This document shows, in pieces, positions 61,401 through 64,000 of a DNA stretch of 64,000 bases. Within the stretch, counting starts at the first letter, position 1. Each line of letters starts with the position of its first letter. The position numbers were made by a program, and so were the translations under genes. This stretch comes from Antechinus flavipes (lineage: Eukaryota): positions 158,534,001 to 158,598,000 of the forward strand of contig NC_067399.1 of NCBI RefSeq assembly GCF_016432865.1, given 5' to 3'. The notes under the pieces were generated by a model. That model made no database searches and had not been told where the DNA came from. It saw nothing but the letters and a program-made list of their open reading frames with translations.

Positions 61401-64000
61401 CCAACTGTCTGTGTTTGTGACCACTGAAGTGGCTGGCTATTGGGTCCCACACTTGGTTTAGCATCCTGGTTGAGGGGGACCAAGCACAGAAACTAAAGTG
61501 TTGTGTTCTTCAGAAATAAAGAGCTGGATTTTGGATTTGTTTTCTATACTCCAGGTTCATTCTTTAGGATTTTCTCAAGGATTTGCTTAAGAGTAAAAAC
61601 CAAGATCTACATGGTACAGTGGCCAGTGTAGATCTTTTCTCTGATGTTGCTGCATTGTTTCACTTGTGGACATGGCCATTTAGGGAGGCAAGTTCCTCAA
61701 TAATCTTATCCTAGAAATTTTCTCTATGGCATAATTCTCAAGTTTAGGAGCTTTAAAAGGTTTTATCCCTGCCTGCTCCTCACCCCCAAACAAATTAAGA
61801 TGACAAACAATAACATATTAACATTAGCATACTAACATTGTGAGCCTAGTAAGCTTTCTTATTTGATTGCTCCTCAGGCTGCATATGAAAAAGAGGCTCA
61901 CATTTAGGTTGCAATTTTTGTGTTTAATTTTTCAAGTTTCCTGGGAAGATATGTTCAATCATTTTTTTTCAGATGGGAAAATTAAGGATTTCATTTTCAC
62001 TTTTGTGTGATAACTATAGGAGAGCACTATTACCATGGGGAATGTGGGAAATAGGTATTCCCACTAAATTTTCCCATTGAATGATTTAGCATATGAATAT
62101 AGTTTTTGATGGTTTCACTGTGGCAGTAGATACATTTAGACAAAATAAGTTCTATATCAAGTGCCTACCCTTAGGAGCAAAAGAACAACTTCCTCAAAGT
62201 GTAATAGCCAATATATGGATTCTTCTAACATAGCTTATAAAGTATCAACCAGGAGACCTGTACTGAAAGGGCTTTCCCAGGATTTTGAAATTTAGAGGGC
62301 ATTTATTCATAATCTTGAAATAGCTTAGCACCTAATTAGCAAGATTACTTAAGTTAAGATAGGAAGCTAATAGATGGTGAGCTAACCTTGTATTCCTTTC
62401 CCTCCCATCATCAGCCTTTGTAGTAGCTGATCCAAGGTGTCCTTGTAGCTTCTCACTCCTGATTTTGTTTTTAAAAGTTGGTCTGAAGGTATGTTCCATG
62501 CTGCTGCTTGCTGGGGGCAGTGGAAATTATAACTACACTTTTGACAACAAAACTGAAATACCTAAAGTACTTGTAGGCTACTTTTAAGATTCACAAATGT
62601 AACAATAATGTCATTTATGGCAAACACTCAGAACAAATGTAATAGGGATGCCATAGGGATGGAATATTTCTTAAGATAAGCCACATATTGCTGCTGTGAG
62701 ATAATGGCTATTTCACAGATAAAGCTCTAAATAGTCTTAACTAGACTCCATTTAGATGAATACTGGTAGACCAGTAGTATAAACACTTCATTTTTTTCCC
62801 CAACTATTTTTTTTCCCAATTGAGCTACATTGAATTTTATAGGTGAGGAACGGGTTGAATGTCAAAATTGGTTTAGGAATCCATCCTAAGCTCTTCAAAA
62901 CGTAGGGAAAGTATTCCTCTAGATCTACCTTGATTGTGAATATGGCTTTTTATAATGATGGTCTCAAGGTCTTTTAAAAAAAATAAAAAACAAAGTAACA
63001 AAAACCAGTTTTAGGGAGATATTACCATGAGTCATGTCATGATTAAACACAGGCAGAATAAAATGAAATGGACTATATGAACACAGTAAAAGTTCTAAAT
63101 CTTATCAGTGTTAGAACATCATTTCCAATTTGCATAGCCACACAAATGGAGTATAGTGCTAAACACACTGCCATGTAAGAGTATAGTTTAGAAGATGACG
63201 GGTATAAAGGTCCTTTATGATTTACAGGTGTCCAATCTTCCATCTGTTCACTTCTGCATTCTGCCAGTCACCACCATCTTGTTTATTTAAGGTAGCTAAT
63301 TATATACATCTATTTCTGGGTAAATCAATACAGAGGCAGTTGCAGATGTGAATATTTGTCCACATGATGAGTATGACAGCTTTTGCTAGTTGGTGCCAAG
63401 TGAGTTAATGCCAAACAGACCCTGATCTGGATAGAAAGTTATATGTTGTGCTCTATGAAAACTAAAGATTAGAGAAGTTTATTAGACACAATCTGTCCAA
63501 AGAAAACCAATCTCAAATAATCAAGTGCAAATGTGCAACACAGTTGATAAATGTATCAGCTCTGTGAACAGGTTTCCTGCTACAAGTAAAAATAAGTGGT
63601 TTCTTTTTTTTGTTTGTTTGTTTTAAAAAATAGGCCTCCTATTCTCATTCTAGTATTGGCCATTGTACCATAGACAAAGACATTCTCTAAGCTTGTAATA
63701 TGCTATTACATGTATGTGTATGGGTGTAAGGGGGGTGGGGTGGGAAGGAGGGGGCTGGGTGGAGAAAGGACTGTCCTGAATGAATTAGAAGTGATCAGTG
63801 CTTAAAGTAAATACAAGAATCAGCATGGGGAAGATCCACAGTTTCAATAAATACAAGTGTTACAAGCATAGGTGTTTCTCAACTTGATGGGATTTTTCTG
63901 CATATTCATACAGTATCATACAAAATAGCAGGGCTATTCAGAGCAGTGATTGGCAAAAACTTTCACAATAACTTATGCTCATGAGTGAGTATTCATCGAA
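58500..64000 (-). other. Probable long 3' UTR of a minus-strand gene located right of the window
   Basis: Repeat-poor, U-rich on the minus strand; seed sites GCACTTT (61282-61288) and TTTGCACT (63524-63531); TGTATTTATT motifs; minus-strand AATAAA at 58499-58504; no ORF. Confidence 0.5.
60235..60430 (+). mobile_element. MIR-like SINE with an RTE-type tail
   Basis: gtcagaaagacctgagttcaaatc...gcaagtcactcaacttctc...gatctacattgagagagaaagcttccacac. Confidence 0.65.

Noticed and set aside
61602-61636. 10-bp perfect hairpin AAGATCTACA/TGTAGATCTT as a miRNA or UTR element
   Set aside because: Too short for a pre-miRNA, and one or more such stems are expected by chance in 64 kb of AT-rich DNA
63359-63431. 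C/D-box snoRNA candidate (ATGATGA 63364, CTGA 63422, TCCA/TGGA ends)
   Set aside because: Stem spacing is non-canonical, I recall no 10-nt or longer rRNA complement for the guide, and no plus-strand host intron is evident; an Infernal/snoscan hit would be needed
1-64000. Non-retroviral endogenous viral elements (filovirus, bornavirus, parvovirus), rRNA, tRNA and snRNA genes
   Set aside because: No motifs recognised in any translation or by eye; tRNA-like boxes occur only in SINE heads; tblastn would be needed to exclude very old relics

Overview
AT-rich, repeat-dense eukaryotic DNA with sized N gaps. The repeat complement points to an Australian marsupial, most likely a dasyurid such as the Tasmanian devil (inference): WSINE1-type SINEs, Mar1-type CORE-SINEs with Bov-B-like tails, marsupial L1, RTE, L2, L3/CR1, MIR and an OC1-like hAT MITE. 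The only clearly identifiable protein-coding stretch is a 5'-truncated, still-open L1 ORF2 fragment (29341-30570) nested in older L1 copies. Two ERV solo LTRs have TG...CA ends and 4-bp target-site duplications (20470-21057, 42569-43270). A CpG island (~22480-24300, CpG-rich tail to ~25320) has strong splice donors facing both ways, suggesting a bidirectional promoter for two spliced transcripts. I can build frame-consistent small-ORF exon chains for them but recognise no known gene, so those models are hypotheses. The right end (~58500-64000) looks like the long 3' UTR of a minus-strand gene whose coding exons lie outside the window. I found no rRNA, tRNA gene, CRISPR array or prokaryote-like system, and nothing I can confidently call a new biological system. 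The best leads are the uncharacterised bidirectional locus and the young or horizontally acquired mobile elements.
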